Assembly: GCF_001194135.2 (NCBI RefSeq) | Contig: NC_068995.1 | Coordinates: 44,021,473 to 44,085,472, forward strand | Length of the DNA: 64,000 nucleotides | Direction: 5' to 3' | Source: Octopus bimaculoides | Taxonomy: Eukaryota | Part shown: positions 11,754-24,142 of the stretch, one piece after another | How the letters are laid out: every line of letters starts with the position of its first letter | How positions within the stretch are numbered: the first letter of the stretch is position 1 | Notes under the pieces: model-generated | What the model was told of the DNA's origin: nothing | The model's database searches: none | The model's input: the letters and a program-made list of their open reading frames with translations, nothing else | Position numbers and translations under genes: made by a program

Positions 11754-14700
11754 AGATACAAATATATATGTGTATATATATATATATATATAATATCTCT
11801 GTGTGCAACCAAATTGAGGATTAAAAGACATTTCTAAGTATGTTTCTTACAGAGTATTCTCTTAAATCCCCTATAAATGGTGAATGTATTTAGGTCTTTC
11901 AAAATATATTATGCTATTGGTTATGACAAGATTACAAAGTCTTGGGTGTATACCTCAAGTCAAATCCATCAATAATATTTGTTCGTAGTATTACTTCTAA
12001 ATTTGGTACGTTTACGCTAAATTTGGTATAAAGTGTATGGCCGTTTCAACCAAATCCGTTATTTGCAAGATTCTTGCGTTATTAGTTTTGAAGACGGGAA
12101 GGCAAGATTCATATAACAAGATTGTTTGCTATAAATCTTGTGTAGTGAAAAGAAAGGGATATTTTCGTGCCAGTAATATTTCTAAGTTTTCGATGATGTT
12201 AATAAAATAAATCCTAAAATCATTTTTAGAACGATAATATTTTCAAATCTTGTGTCAATGCTTAAAGCGAAATATGTTATAAATCTACTCCTCTTGTTAT
12301 TTTATGATACAAAATTCAGCGTTAATTCTTTTATTAATGGGAATTTTTCCTGTCTTTCAGTTAGCATGTTACACAGGCATATATTTGTAGATTATAGCTC
12401 ATTTATATTCAGCAATTACGCGATGGGTTTATATCTCTACACATCTACAGTGGTCGTCAAGAGACACATAATATAATTGATACATTTGTATTTCTATTAC
12501 CCTCTGCGTATATCATCAATAAATGTCCAGCTTAAAAATTGCCGTATATCTTGGGAATATAAACATTAGGAGATGGTGGTTTGCAATGAAACAAAAATAA
12601 TGTGTATAACTTTTATGAGATAATTGAAAAGAATCACTCTTTATACCTACACGTGTTCTTTATGAGACAAAAATATTAAGGAAGATGTAAATTGAGTTTA
12701 ATTTATGGAATTTCATTATCCATGTTTATATATGTAAATGTTATCATTATAAATATCTACATTATACATTTGTCATTTTTAGGTAAAATTTCGAAGCACC
12801 TAAAGGTTATTATTTCAACCATTCAGGTACCATTGTGCCGGCGATCTTTCGTGAGCCTGAGACTATTCAGAAGCAGGGAAAAAAATATGGTCCATGCATC
12901 ATCTTCTGTTGATAGATTGGTAGATAACTCTATATTTTATAAGAATATAGACAATGACCAAATGAAAAATGAAATAAAAGGATGGAAGTAACGATATGGA
13001 AAATATGAAATTAATATTTGAAGCAAAAATAATTTCTAAAAGATCTTTCGGAAAATAACGTTGTTGCCTCAGTTTTACCACAGCTCACATTGGCTAAGTA
13101 AAAATGCATTGAAACTATTCACAAATTTTTGGTATCAACCATCTTCTGTAGTTTTTTAGAATTCGGTTGAAATATATCTCAAGTATGATTCGTAATGACA
13201 AGTACTTTCGAGTATAATTTAAGATGGAGTAAGTAACTTTGACTAACAACTAGTACTTTAAGATGATTGTGTATGTAATGCATTACACTTCAATTGACAA
13301 TAACGTTGAGTTGTAACAAACAAGAAGAAAAACTATTAAATTCTCTTTTGATATGAGACAATGTCTTTCCGCGAATAGAATTGACATATTTAAAGACATG
13401 TCACATTTAAAACATTCCTAATTAAATAACTGTAATTATACATAACAAAATAAATGCTTCTACAGACGCCAATAATTTCAAAGGCAGAATGCTGAACGCA
13501 TAATTAATAAAATTATTGATGAAGGAATGAAAACTTATCCAATTCAGATAATAGAAAAATAATGTATTTTTTCTATTTACTACTTTTTTTTCGATGTTGG
13601 AAAAGTTCATCACAGCTGATTAGACTGAAGGGAAAATTACAGATGCCTGAAATATGAAAGATACATATTAAATATATGACTGTGTTTCTGAGTTAATATA
13701 TCATATAGATAAGGATACAACCCACCTTAATCAATGGTTGTTTTGATTTTATTTAGGGTCAATAAAATATGTGATAAAATGAATATTCCCATCCTTATAA
13801 CAAAGGTGTGGCTCATGGAACGGTAAGCTTCTCGAGGGTTCGGGGCCGCCACCATCCATTGTTTTATCCATTCGTTGTATCCACATGCTTTCTCAGGATG
13901 ATTAGGATAGATGGGGCCCTAAATCGATTTGATTTACTGTCAGGTTTAACTCCCTTCTCCTTTACTTGTTTGCAAGCACTCACAACATTGAAGATTTATG
14001 CTAGATGTCTTTTTCTAACTGCCTCCAAATACTGCCGAGATCAGACCGTCTGCCCAGTTATATTGCAGGCGTAGCTGTGGACACAGTAATGCCATACTTC
14101 TAGAGACATACTTTAACAAAATCTAAGGGGTCCCTCACTCCTAGTGGTTTTACAGCATGCTTCACTCTAACCCAGATTTTCGAAGCCTCGGTTCTATTAC
14201 TAGATAGTCTTACAATGTTAGAAATCTATCTTGTAGTTTACATACAATATGTAAGTTTCACACAAATAAAAGTTCGCCTATAAAGAAAGCGGTAAGTTGT
14301 TTTCGTTCAAACCCACCGGTCACGGCGCATGGGTAGAATAAGAGAAGACAACTCACATGACACTAAACCGGTTGAATGATCAATTTCATTGTGATTTACC
14401 AATGCTAGATATCATTTTATCAAGGAATTCGTTAAATAAAAACCCTAAAATATAACATAATAAATTTGTATGTATGAATGTATGTATGTATGTATGTATG
14501 TATTATGTATGTATGTATGTATGCATATAGTATGTATGTATATATGTATGTATTTACGCACGTATGTATGTACTAGTGTTTGAAGTATACATAATTTTAG
14601 CTTATATATTGTGAAGCTTACACTGCACAATCCGTGTATAATATTGAGTGACAGAAATGTCGATAGTATTTTAGAAATTTACGTTAGAAAACTGAGTGAA

Positions 14701-15309
14701 ATTATATTGTTGTGCATAAGTGAAAGTGAAGTTCAGAAATATCACTAACGTAAGCTATAGAACAATATTCATTGAACAATATAAGAAATGTGTCCATCAT
14801 TCGGTTGTAATCGATGCATCTGCAATGATATACAGAGATTTCCATAACGAAAATGACAAGTTGCCAATAGCTATAGATTTTGGAAAGTTCTATGCGTAAT
14901 TTAATTTCGTACAATAGGAATGGTGAATGGTCACTTTTATGAAGCTAAGGACAGGTTACGTAGGTAAGGTCTCATGACAGAGACGATCAAAATCGCTTAA
15001 TATTAATTGCAATATTTATAAAAATGTGTGGTAAGATAAATACATTTTTTTAGTAATAGAAATTATAAAAGTATTGCAGTCTAACTTAATTATGGTAATT
15101 ATCCAAGAATTAATTGACTATTTATCAGTGCATCTTTTTATGCTCTCAAATCAAATTTTATTTCTGGCTCTCATTCATTTTCGACTATTAAGAGCCGATA
15201 AGAACGACTAAATATATTGGTGGTTAACTCACACTTAAAAATATAAAATTATAATTTTCATACAATTATTTGTGTAATTGAAATACAGTCAAAATTAATT
15301 ACACTAATG

Positions 15310-15505
15310 TTAGATTGAAATATGGTGATGGAGTTGTTTATTGTCGAACCAACAAGGGTCGCTCTATGTGAGCTCGATCTGAAAGAATTTACAGCCAAAT
15401 CTCCATTATATCAAACCCTGCTTCCTTGAAAATGAAAGGTAACACATCGGATATTGTAGTACTTGAAATAATGTATCAGAAAATAAGACGGGCTGGCCAT
15501 TCTTG
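15310..15505. mobile_element. Possible diverged interspersed repeat
   Basis: Resembles an octopus repeat I recall (TTTATTGTCGA..CAGCCAAATCTC..AAGACGGG); single copy here, so not internally confirmable. Confidence 0.3.
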
Positions 15506-15899
15506 AATTCACGTTGTTTAAAATTCTATTTGATTAAGGATGGCGTGGAGGTAATAAAAATAGCACGAGCATACTATTTTAAATGTTTCATCGATCGTAT
15601 AAAGGGAATGTGTAATAGGATCCACGTTAAAATTTCAGCTGAGAACAGAGAAAGCAAACTTAAAAGCGGTATTGCGTTGACTCTCAAAAATCTCTGCCGT
15701 TATTTATTTAATTTAACCAAAGAAGAAAACAAAATCAACAGAGAAGATATATTCTGTCTGTTACATGATATAAAATCAAATGACAATCATATTTTGAAAG
15801 CGAAAGTAAAAGTAAAATAATGAAAAAGTTTTCAATTCTGAAAATTTACGCTAAGAACGGTTAAAATAACAGTAGAAAATACATTTAATGTGCTCATAC

Positions 15900-15995
15900 A
15901 AATGTATTTCGTAACGTGTGTGTATATGTGTATGAGTAGGTGTTTATGTATATATCTCTTTGAATATGTGTAACAGAATAGACAGACACAGGTAT

Positions 15996-16042
<47 letters not shown>

Positions 16043-16292
16043 TATATATGTATATATACATACAAAGCTGCATATAAAAAGATATATTCACATAAAGATA
16101 TATAAATATATATATATATATATAAAGAGGTATACATATTTATACATATATTTCTTAATACATATATGCATACATACATACATGTGTATATATGTATCAT
16201 GTGTACATATATATTTATATATGTATATGATAATATATATATATAAGTATATATATGTGTGTATGTGTGTATATATATATATTCATATATAT

Positions 16293-16343
<51 letters not shown>

Positions 16344-16350
16344 TATCAGA
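15900..16350. repeat. Degenerate (TA)n/(TG)n low-complexity tract
   Basis: Direct reading. Confidence 0.9.
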
Positions 16351-17302
16351 AAGCATATACAATAATATCATTTCTATTAACATATTCCAATGGCTTCGTG
16401 AATATGTTCGCTATTAAAATGGATTTCATTGGAGAAAAAAAATCTAGCTTTGGATTAGAAGTCTGAAGAATGAAGAAAATAAAAGTGAAAAGATGGAATC
16501 AATCCGCCTTAATCGGTAAAAGTGGAAGAATATTAAATTTTCAAGTAGATTGGTTTGGCAATCGTCACCAAATCTTGTCAAGCTATGCAATTTTTAAATA
16601 ATCTGCTGACTCATTGAAAACAGTTGTATGAATATGTGGCAATCATCCAATGTCTTCATATAACATTTGTTTATGAATAACTAAGAATTTTATGAGTGGG
16701 AACAGGAATAACTTTTGTAATGGTATGAGAAATTTTCTTTGTTTCATGAAGGCTTTCCATGCTGGTGTATTAAGCTATTTTAAAATGTTAAAGACAGAAT
16801 TAAGGGGAGGAATTGGAAAGTACTATACATGTAAGAATATTAATTTATATCTGATATTCTCAAAGGATATTTCTTTACCAGAATTTCCAGTTAGTTTCAT
16901 TAGAACTAGAACCCAGACGGCTAGGTAAAAAGAGGTTTTATCTTCAATATGGTAATGCCTGCCTAAAGTTTTCGAGGGTAGCAAACGAAAACCCGTAGCG
17001 TAGATCGGTGTCGTTTATATGATCCTTGTAAGTATAGAAAAGGAGTACCGATAATCTGCTGCGTTTAAAAGAATTAAGTTTGGTTTTAAACACAAGTGCA
17101 ACACAATGTTGAAGAAAGAATTATCTTACGAATTTAAAATATACTGTTACATGATTAATGAAAATGGAAGGGAAGAAAAAAATGCAGTTAATCTTTGCTT
17201 TGCGATGGGGTTTGCCATTTGTCAGTTTGAAAATCACTGCCACCATCCCGAAACAGATTGCAGTATATTTTGAATTTTTGTCTATCGATAAAACATCGAC
17301 CA

Positions 17303-17540
17303 TTATTCTTTACTCTTTTACTTGTTTCAGTCATTTGACTGCGGCCATGCTGGAGCACCACCTTTAGTCGAGAAAATCAATCGACCCCAGGACTTATTCA
17401 TTGTAAGCCTAGTACTTATTCTATCGGTCTCCTTTTGCCGAACCGCTAAGTTACGGGGACGTAAACACACCAGCATCGGTTGTCAAGCGATGGTGGGGGG
17501 ACAAACACAGACACACAAACACACAAACATATATACGACG
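17303..17540 (-). mobile_element. SINE-D 3' half
   Basis: Near-identical to the reverse complement of 45540-45720. Confidence 0.9.
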
Positions 17541-17661
17541 AATTTTTTTTTTTAATTTACTAGAATGAAAATGGGATTGTTGTGATTATTCCACCTGCCT
17601 ACAGAAACGTTACGCTTCAGTTAATGAAGCGGTCCCACTATTAGCTAATATTACAATAGCA

Positions 17662-17869
17662 TAGGTCGGCGAAGTGGTAGTATCGCTAGAACGCTGGACA
17701 AAATGCTTAGTGGCATTTTGCTTGTTGGGTTCTGATTTCAAATTACGCCAGGGTCACCTTTGCCTTTCATCCTTTCGGAGTTGATAAAATAAGTATCAGT
17801 TGAACATTGGGATCAACTTGACTCAGCTCCTCTCCAAAGCCGCTGGCCTCGTGTCAAAACTTGAAAACA
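17662..17869 (+). mobile_element. SINE-A
   Basis: Head, GCCTTTCATCCTTTCGGAGTTGATAAAATAAGTA core and A1-type tail. Confidence 0.85.
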
Positions 17870-17894
17870 ATATTACCATCGTATGATATTAACT

Positions 17895-18215
17895 GTGGAG
17901 GCGCAGTGGCCCAGTGGTTAGGGCAGCGGGCTCGCGGTCGAAGGATCGCGGTTTCGATTCCCAGAGCGGGCGTTGTGTGTGTTTATTGAGCGAAAACACC
18001 TAAAAGCTCCATGAGGCTCCGGTAGGGAGGGGTGGCGACCCCTGTTGTACTCTTTCGCCCCAACTTCCTCTCACTCCTTCTTCCTGTTTCTTGAGTAAAG
18101 CTGCGATGGACTGGCGTCCCGTCCAGCTGTTGGGGGGGGGGACACATACGCCATAGACACCGGGAAACTGGGCCCATGAGCCTGGCTAAGCTTTAAAAGG
18201 GCACATAAATAAATA
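17895..18215 (+). mobile_element. SINE-B' (B head and body with a different, V-domain-like tail)
   Basis: First ~200 bp match SINE-B; tail CTGCGATGGACTGGCGTCCCGTCCAG; 12-bp TSD ATGATATTA(A/G)CT at 17883-17894 and 18216-18227. Confidence 0.9.
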
Positions 18216-18260
18216 ATGATATTAGCTATGCAGCTACTTCCTGCCATATTTGTAAGCAGG

Positions 18261-18980
18261 TGGAGGCGCGTAGCTTAATGGTTAGGGTATTCGGCTCATA
18301 GTGGAGACGCAATGGTCCAGTGGTTAGGGCAGAGGACTCGCGGTCATAGGATCGCGGTTTCGATTCCCAGACCGGGCGTTGTGAGTGTTTATTGAGCGAA
18401 AACACCTAAAAGCTCCACGAGGTTCCGGCAGGGGATGGTGGCGAACCCTGCTGTACTCTTTCACCACAACTTTCTCTCACTCTTACTTCCTGTTTCTGTT
18501 GTGCCTGTAATTCAAAGGGTCAGCCTTGTCACACTGTGTCACGCTGAATATCCCCGAGAACTACGTTAAGGGTACACGTTTCTGTGGAGTGCTCAGCCAC
18601 TTGCACGTTAATTTCACGAGCAGGCTGTTCCGTTGATCGGATCAGCTGGAACCCTCGACGTCGTAAGCGACGGAGTGCCAGCAACAACAAATTCGGCTCA
18701 TGATCGTAAGGTCGTGTGTTCGATTCCCGGTGATGCGTTGTGTCTTTGAGCAAGACAGCTAATTTCCCGTTACTCCAGTTGGCAAAACTGAGATGTACCT
18801 GTATTTCAAAAAGCCAGCCATGTCACATTCTGTGCCACGTTGAATCTCCCTGAAAACTACGTTAAAGGCATGCGTGTCTTTGAAATATTCAGCCACTTAT
18901 ACGTTAACTTCGCGAGCAGGCTGTTCCGTTGATCAGATCAACTGGAACACTCGTCGTGGTAACCAACAGAGCGTCAGTCA
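18261..18980 (+). mobile_element. SINE-C, interrupted by SINE-B
   Basis: tRNA-like head 18261-18299 resumes at 18691 (B box GTGTTCGATTCCC), then a central module and the same 3' tail as SINE-B. Confidence 0.88.
18301..18690 (+). mobile_element. Full-length SINE-B
   Basis: A box TGGTCCAGTGG, B box GGTTTCGATTCCC, (CAA)n tail, 11-bp TSD ATTCGGCTCAT at 18289-18299 and 18691-18701. Confidence 0.95.
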
Positions 18981-19461
18981 TTTGCAATCAAGCGTCGTAT
19001 ACGAGTCCGGAGTAACTGAGATGCGATGATAACGGGTGTTAAAAAGCTGTTGTTTATTATAAAGGTTTGCTAATTAAATTGAAACCAAACATATGTTCTT
19101 GTGCGCAAATATTTCACATTTTCAGAATGGCGTAATGAATGCCGAAATTAGAGGTGATTCTATTCTTATCTTGGCTAATTAACATTTTAATAATCAATCT
19201 CCGAAAGGCAGATTAAGTCAGAATAGTTCAGCCAAGTAATTCCTTTGAGTTACAGTTAATGTAATATGGAAGGAGTTAAGGTGTATTGGATATCAATGAG
19301 GGGAAATAAAGATGACAGTACCATATGCTACTGAAGGCATTTGGAACATCCAACATTACTGCTTCTATCTCCCATAAAGCAGAATATTCGTCTCTAAAAT
19401 ACTGCAGATGCTTTGTGTAACCAGCGTCAACATTCTAGCAAATGGATATATATATATATAT

Positions 19462-19861
19462 ATAATCCAAATCAAGAGACAAAGAAATTCTTTCGCACAT
19501 CTTTAATGATTCGTTAGAATTGTTCCTGTAACAACTCTGCTTGCAATGCCAGTTTACGCAAAATTCGAAGTGAAAATTTACATGATGTTTGTGGTTTTAG
19601 ACAGTAGAGTGGCAATTCATAAGACTTGCATCAAAGGTGCGTTCTTACGTTGAGCAAAACTGAGATGTACCTTTAAGAGCACACGTTTGATGAAAGTCTG
19701 ATGAAGTGTCACTCTAATGTCTAAAGCTACGAACATAACGTAAATTTTCACTTCGAATTTTTGTGTAAACTGTCGTTACAAGCAGAGCTGATACAGAAAC
19801 AATTGTAGAGAACCATTAAAGATATGTTAAAGGATTTCTTTGTCATATTATTTGGAGTATA
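19462..19861. mobile_element. Foldback (palindromic) MITE-like element
   Basis: Arms 19462-19647 and 19674-19861 are inverted repeats at about 80% identity by manual alignment; 26-nt spacer. Confidence 0.85.
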
Positions 19862-20441
19862 GTTTATTCGTCGCTATATCCACACAACGGTTTTACCGTC
19901 ATGAAACCCGGATTTTCTACATTTGAAGAATTTCGGTATTAGTCTGGAACCCGATAAAGTTCATAGCTCAGAACTCAGGTTGAGTGCCTCTCTTGAAATA
20001 CACTATCTTTAAACTCTACCAGGACCTATGATATATCTGTATATAATGATGTTCATGCGTCTGTGTGTGTGCATTTGTGCATGCTTGCGTGGAAATGTGT
20101 GTATGTATGTATATATATATATATTTGAAGGTTTTTAACGAAAATGATTTGCTGATGGACATTTTTTATACTTTATTACTACCTTGCCTCTATATTTCTG
20201 CATAGCATATTTACATTTGCTATAATTTATATAATATTTATCCATAGGATATATAATATATATATTATAGATATATTATAAATAATATTTAATAATATCC
20301 TATGGATGTAAGAACATAGTCGCAAATGTACACGTGCTATGTAGAAACATATATCGAAAGGCATTAATAAAGTATATAAATTCTCTTCCACAAATCATTT
20401 TCGTTACTTCGCTATATTTATCCTAACATATAAGGAGTACC

Positions 20442-20674
20442 TATTTCTTTACTGCCCACAAGGGGCTACACACAGAGGGGACAAACAAGGACAGACAAAC
20501 GGATTAAGTCGATTATATCGACCCCAGTGCGTAACTGGTACTTAATTTATCGACCCCGAAAGGATGAAAGGCAAAGTCGATCTCGGCGGAATTTGAACTC
20601 AGAACGCAGTGGCAGACGAAATACCGCTAAGCACTTCGTCCGGCATGCTAACGGTTCTGGCAGCTTGCCACCTT
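20442..20674 (-). mobile_element. Young SINE-A, A2-tail subtype
   Basis: 19-bp TSD CTAACATATAAGGAGTACC at 20423-20441 and 20675-20693; 131 bp identical to 58730-58860. Confidence 0.95.
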
Positions 20675-20811
20675 CTAACATATAAGGAGTACCGCATATA
20701 TAACCATCCTATACGATCACCCTGGAAAATGGGAATAACAGGCGGTAGCCGAAACCAAAAGGCATGAGCTTTTACGAGTACATTCAGTCATTTGCCCGAA
20801 ACAAATGCATT

Positions 20812-20928
20812 CAGGGTGGGCCATAATGATGGGACAGTTACGTAATGAATATATTTGGTACACTCCGTCATTCTTATAATCCAAGATACTAGCATTTAAA
20901 ATGTGTCGCATCATTATGACCCACCATG
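20812..20928. mobile_element. 117-bp Tc1/mariner-type MITE
   Basis: 25-bp TIRs CAGGGTGGGCCATAATGATGGGACA / TGTCGCATCATTATGACCCACCATG with 3 mismatches; TA at the right end. Confidence 0.75.
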
Positions 20929-21310
20929 TATATACATGCGTATATATGTAGTGTATTTAGACGTTTATATTTAATCGTGCTTAAAATATCAAATTATGTA
21001 ATTTGTGCTTATTAGAATTGTGTGTATGCGTGTGCATAAAGCACTTTTTAAGAATATATTCTTTGATTCACCATTGTTACGTATGGTTATGCTATGACGT
21101 AATATATGTGTTTGTACATTTTTTTTCCTGTCAATTTATTAGTAGTTCTACCTCCACAATACTTTACAGCCAAATCTCGTCTGTAGAATTATTTCACACT
21201 GATTAGAAAGATGGCCTTTAAGAGTTTAGACCTTTCTCATCACTAATCCAGGATTCATCTATTGTACGCTTATACAAGCGGCTTTTCACTAAATGCATAC
21301 ATAAATCGAT

Positions 21311-21314
21311 AGAC

Positions 21315-21402
<88 letters not shown>
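21311..21402. repeat. (GATA)n-(GACA)n microsatellite
   Basis: Direct reading. Confidence 0.95.
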
Positions 21403-21403
<1 letters not shown>

Positions 21404-21481
21404 CGCGACACTTAAGGGAAAGTGGCCGTTGAGGGAGAAGAAATGGAAAAAATAAAGCATATATATATATACATATATGTG

Positions 21482-21648
21482 CAACAGGTTTTTGTTTCAG
21501 TTTCCGTCTACCAAATCTGTTCACAAGGCTTTTAGTCAGCCAGAAGCTATGGTAGGAGATACTTGCCCAAGGTGCCATGCAGCGGAACTGAACCTAGAAC
21601 TATGTTGTTGAGAAGAAGCAAGCTTCCTACCATACAGTCATGCCTGCG
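21482..21648 (-). mobile_element. SINE-D 5' half
   Basis: CAGTTTCCGTCTACCAAATC..CTTGCCCAAGGTGCCATGCAG..ATGCCTGCG matches the D head. Confidence 0.85.
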
Positions 21649-22432
21649 ATTATGCATGTGTGTGTGGGTGTGTATGTGTACGTGTGTGTGTGTGTGTGTA
21701 TGTGTGCATTTACGATGTCTATGCGTTTTCATAATAAAATAATGGGAAAAATATACACATACGTATGTATGTGTGTCTTCTTGTAATGAAAGCGTCAAAT
21801 AAATTAATTTGTGAAATATATTTAAAGCTGTTATTTCGAGGGAGATAAGAAAATTACATAATAATTTGTATACATTTTTGTAAATTAATTAACGCTGATT
21901 AGTTTTAATTTTAGCGCAGCGAATATTATCGAACGGGGATAAGGCGAATTATACTAAAATATAGTTTGTATGTATATAATTACGTGGTATTAAATAATAT
22001 GCAGAGCATTAACGGTATGTAAAAAAAGCAAGTCACTTTAGTTCCGTCACAGTCATTCAATTACACTTCGAGAAATTCTTCAAGTTTCGAAAAATAATCA
22101 TTAAGAGAATAGTCATAAAATAGTCTGGACGGATTTCGCAGGTGTTTAAAACTCAAAATATCTGGATAGCTATTAATTAGTTTCTAATTATAATGTCTAT
22201 TTCCCATGTTTCTGTGTGCATGCGAGGCGTATTCTGGCGGCTTTACATATTCAAAGCAAGATACAGGACTTAGAATTGAGATACTAACAAAACGTCTTGT
22301 GTATTTCACAATTGGACCACATCAAAAAATAGCGGTTTCGTCAAATCATTCAGCTCCACATTGGCCTTTATGAGGATATTCTCAACAACAACAAAAAAAG
22401 AGAAAAAGAAACTAGAGATAGTATAACCCTAA

Positions 22433-22656
22433 AACAAGTTGCGACGGTCTTGGGAAAACCTTTCTTCAAGGAACGGTTGATGGAAAATAATGAGAGTTGG
22501 ACAGAGGAAAAGATGGGCCGATGACATCAGGTATTGTACTAGTAAATCACTGTCGGTCCGAGCACTGGCATTCAACAACAGATAAATAAAACTGGGGTAC
22601 AGTATGTCACACGGGTACAACTCGGTGGGAATTTGAGAGTCCAAGACAAGACAAGA
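22433..22656 (+). pseudogene. RTE-clade LINE 3' end
   Basis: DGLGKTFLQGTVDGK..GQRKRWADDIR (frameshifted), ending in (CAAGA)3 at 22642-22656. Confidence 0.8.
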
Positions 22657-22844
22657 ATTTTACTTTTCTTTGAAGTATTGATTTCTTACATAGACATAAG
22701 ACCTCAAATATGGCGGGATGCAACCACTGATTACATCAGCTTTATTAGTTGACCGGTGCTTAATTTTATGGAGAATATAGCTGATTCAGATAAGGTAATG
22801 TTGAGAAATGAAATTCTGCTGGGTTTTCATTAAAATATTGATTT

Positions 22845-22988
22845 CAAATTTTGGGACAAGACCAGCAAATTCAGAGGAGGGAGCAAGTCAATTACATCGA
22901 CCCCAGTGTTCAACTGGAACTTATTTCATCGACGCCAAACGAACGTGACGGCAAACGAAATGCTAAACATTCTGCCAGCTCACCGCTT
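22845..22988 (-). mobile_element. SINE-A with internal deletions
   Basis: A1 tail, ATCGACCCCAGTG and head CCAGCTCACCGC. Confidence 0.82.
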
Positions 22989-23344
22989 TAGTTTTCGTTA
23001 AAATTTTAACTCGTCAGATAATTTTATTCGTTTTCTTTTTTTTATTTAGTAGGGAGGGTATTTTTTTTTGTTTTTTCCTTGACACTCCATTGTCACATAT
23101 TTGAAAAAAGATAAAATGCATTGAAATTTCAAAAACGATGATCAAAAGTTGTACACGAAAAATAGAACACTATGATAAAAAATATTTTTAGTGTCATTTC
23201 AGATAACATTGAAAAAGGATTAAAATATATGGAGAAAGAAAGCAACGAATTTATTTAATAATCCAATACATTCATAAAACAAATTGTTCAGTTTAAATTC
23301 CATACAAAACCATAAAAGCAGGAATAAATTAATGAATCTAATTG

Positions 23345-23541
23345 AGGCATAAAGGCATCAGTTTGAGGGGATGACGTTCGTTGAGATCATCAACTGTAGT
23401 ATTTGACTGGTATTTTATCTTATTGACCGTCGGATTAATGAAAGGTGAAACTGACCTCAGCAGGGTTCAAAATACATTTCATAAAGAGCTGGAAAAACAC
23501 CGCATGGTATTTTGTCCGACGCTCTAACGATTCTGCCAATC
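23345..23541 (-). mobile_element. SINE-A, old copy
   Basis: Degenerate match, including TGAAAGGTGAAACTGACCTCAG and CTAACGATTCTGCC. Confidence 0.65.
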
Positions 23542-24110
23542 TTATGAGTAGAAAGAATGTAAATATATTCCTAACTTGCACTAATAATGTGTTTACTACG
23601 AAATTTTATTAGCTGCATTGTTTTAAAGAATTATAGCACAGACTTGACTGACTTTTGCAGACACATTAATGTAGTTGACTTCTTTCTACTTAACTTATTT
23701 CAGCTGATGCGTCCAGTAGTTTCGGATAATCTAATGTTTAGTATAAAACTATGTAAACGTAGTGAGAAACGGTTGTTATAACGGAGGAGGCGGATTTAAT
23801 CGGGAAGAGAGAACACTAGATTGTAACAGCAGCGACAAAAGAAGTGAATGAAGGTTGATAGAATGAGCCAAAAATTATTGTAGTGTTTTAGGTTAATCTA
23901 GTTAGACAATGGTTGCGAATGTGACAGCTGCAGAATCCATCATTAAGAACTTTTCGGAACTGAAATATTCGATAACTCTGAAGAAGGAAAATTGTAAAGT
24001 TTCTGATGTCATCTTAGCAATGTTATAGATTCTTAGTTGCCATAAAATCGTGGTCAGAGATTGTGAAAGCTAATGCTTAAAAACGCTATGAAAGTTTAAA
24101 AGTGTTATTG

Positions 24111-24142
<32 letters not shown>

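Noticed and set aside
12826-12991. Acceptor-like CATTCAG followed by open frames
   Set aside because: No recognisable protein and no linked exons.
15503-15820. 105-aa ORF
   Set aside because: Non-ATG start, no recognised motif, AT-rich composition compatible with chance.
17895-18400. tRNA-like sequences with A and B boxes
   Set aside because: They continue into SINE bodies with tails and TSDs and lack proper acceptor stems, so they are not tRNA genes.
22992-23017. Hammerhead-like core on the minus strand (CTGACGA-GTTAAAATTTTAAC-GAAA)
   Set aside because: Stem II is good, but no complementary stems I/III or NUH cleavage site are nearby.
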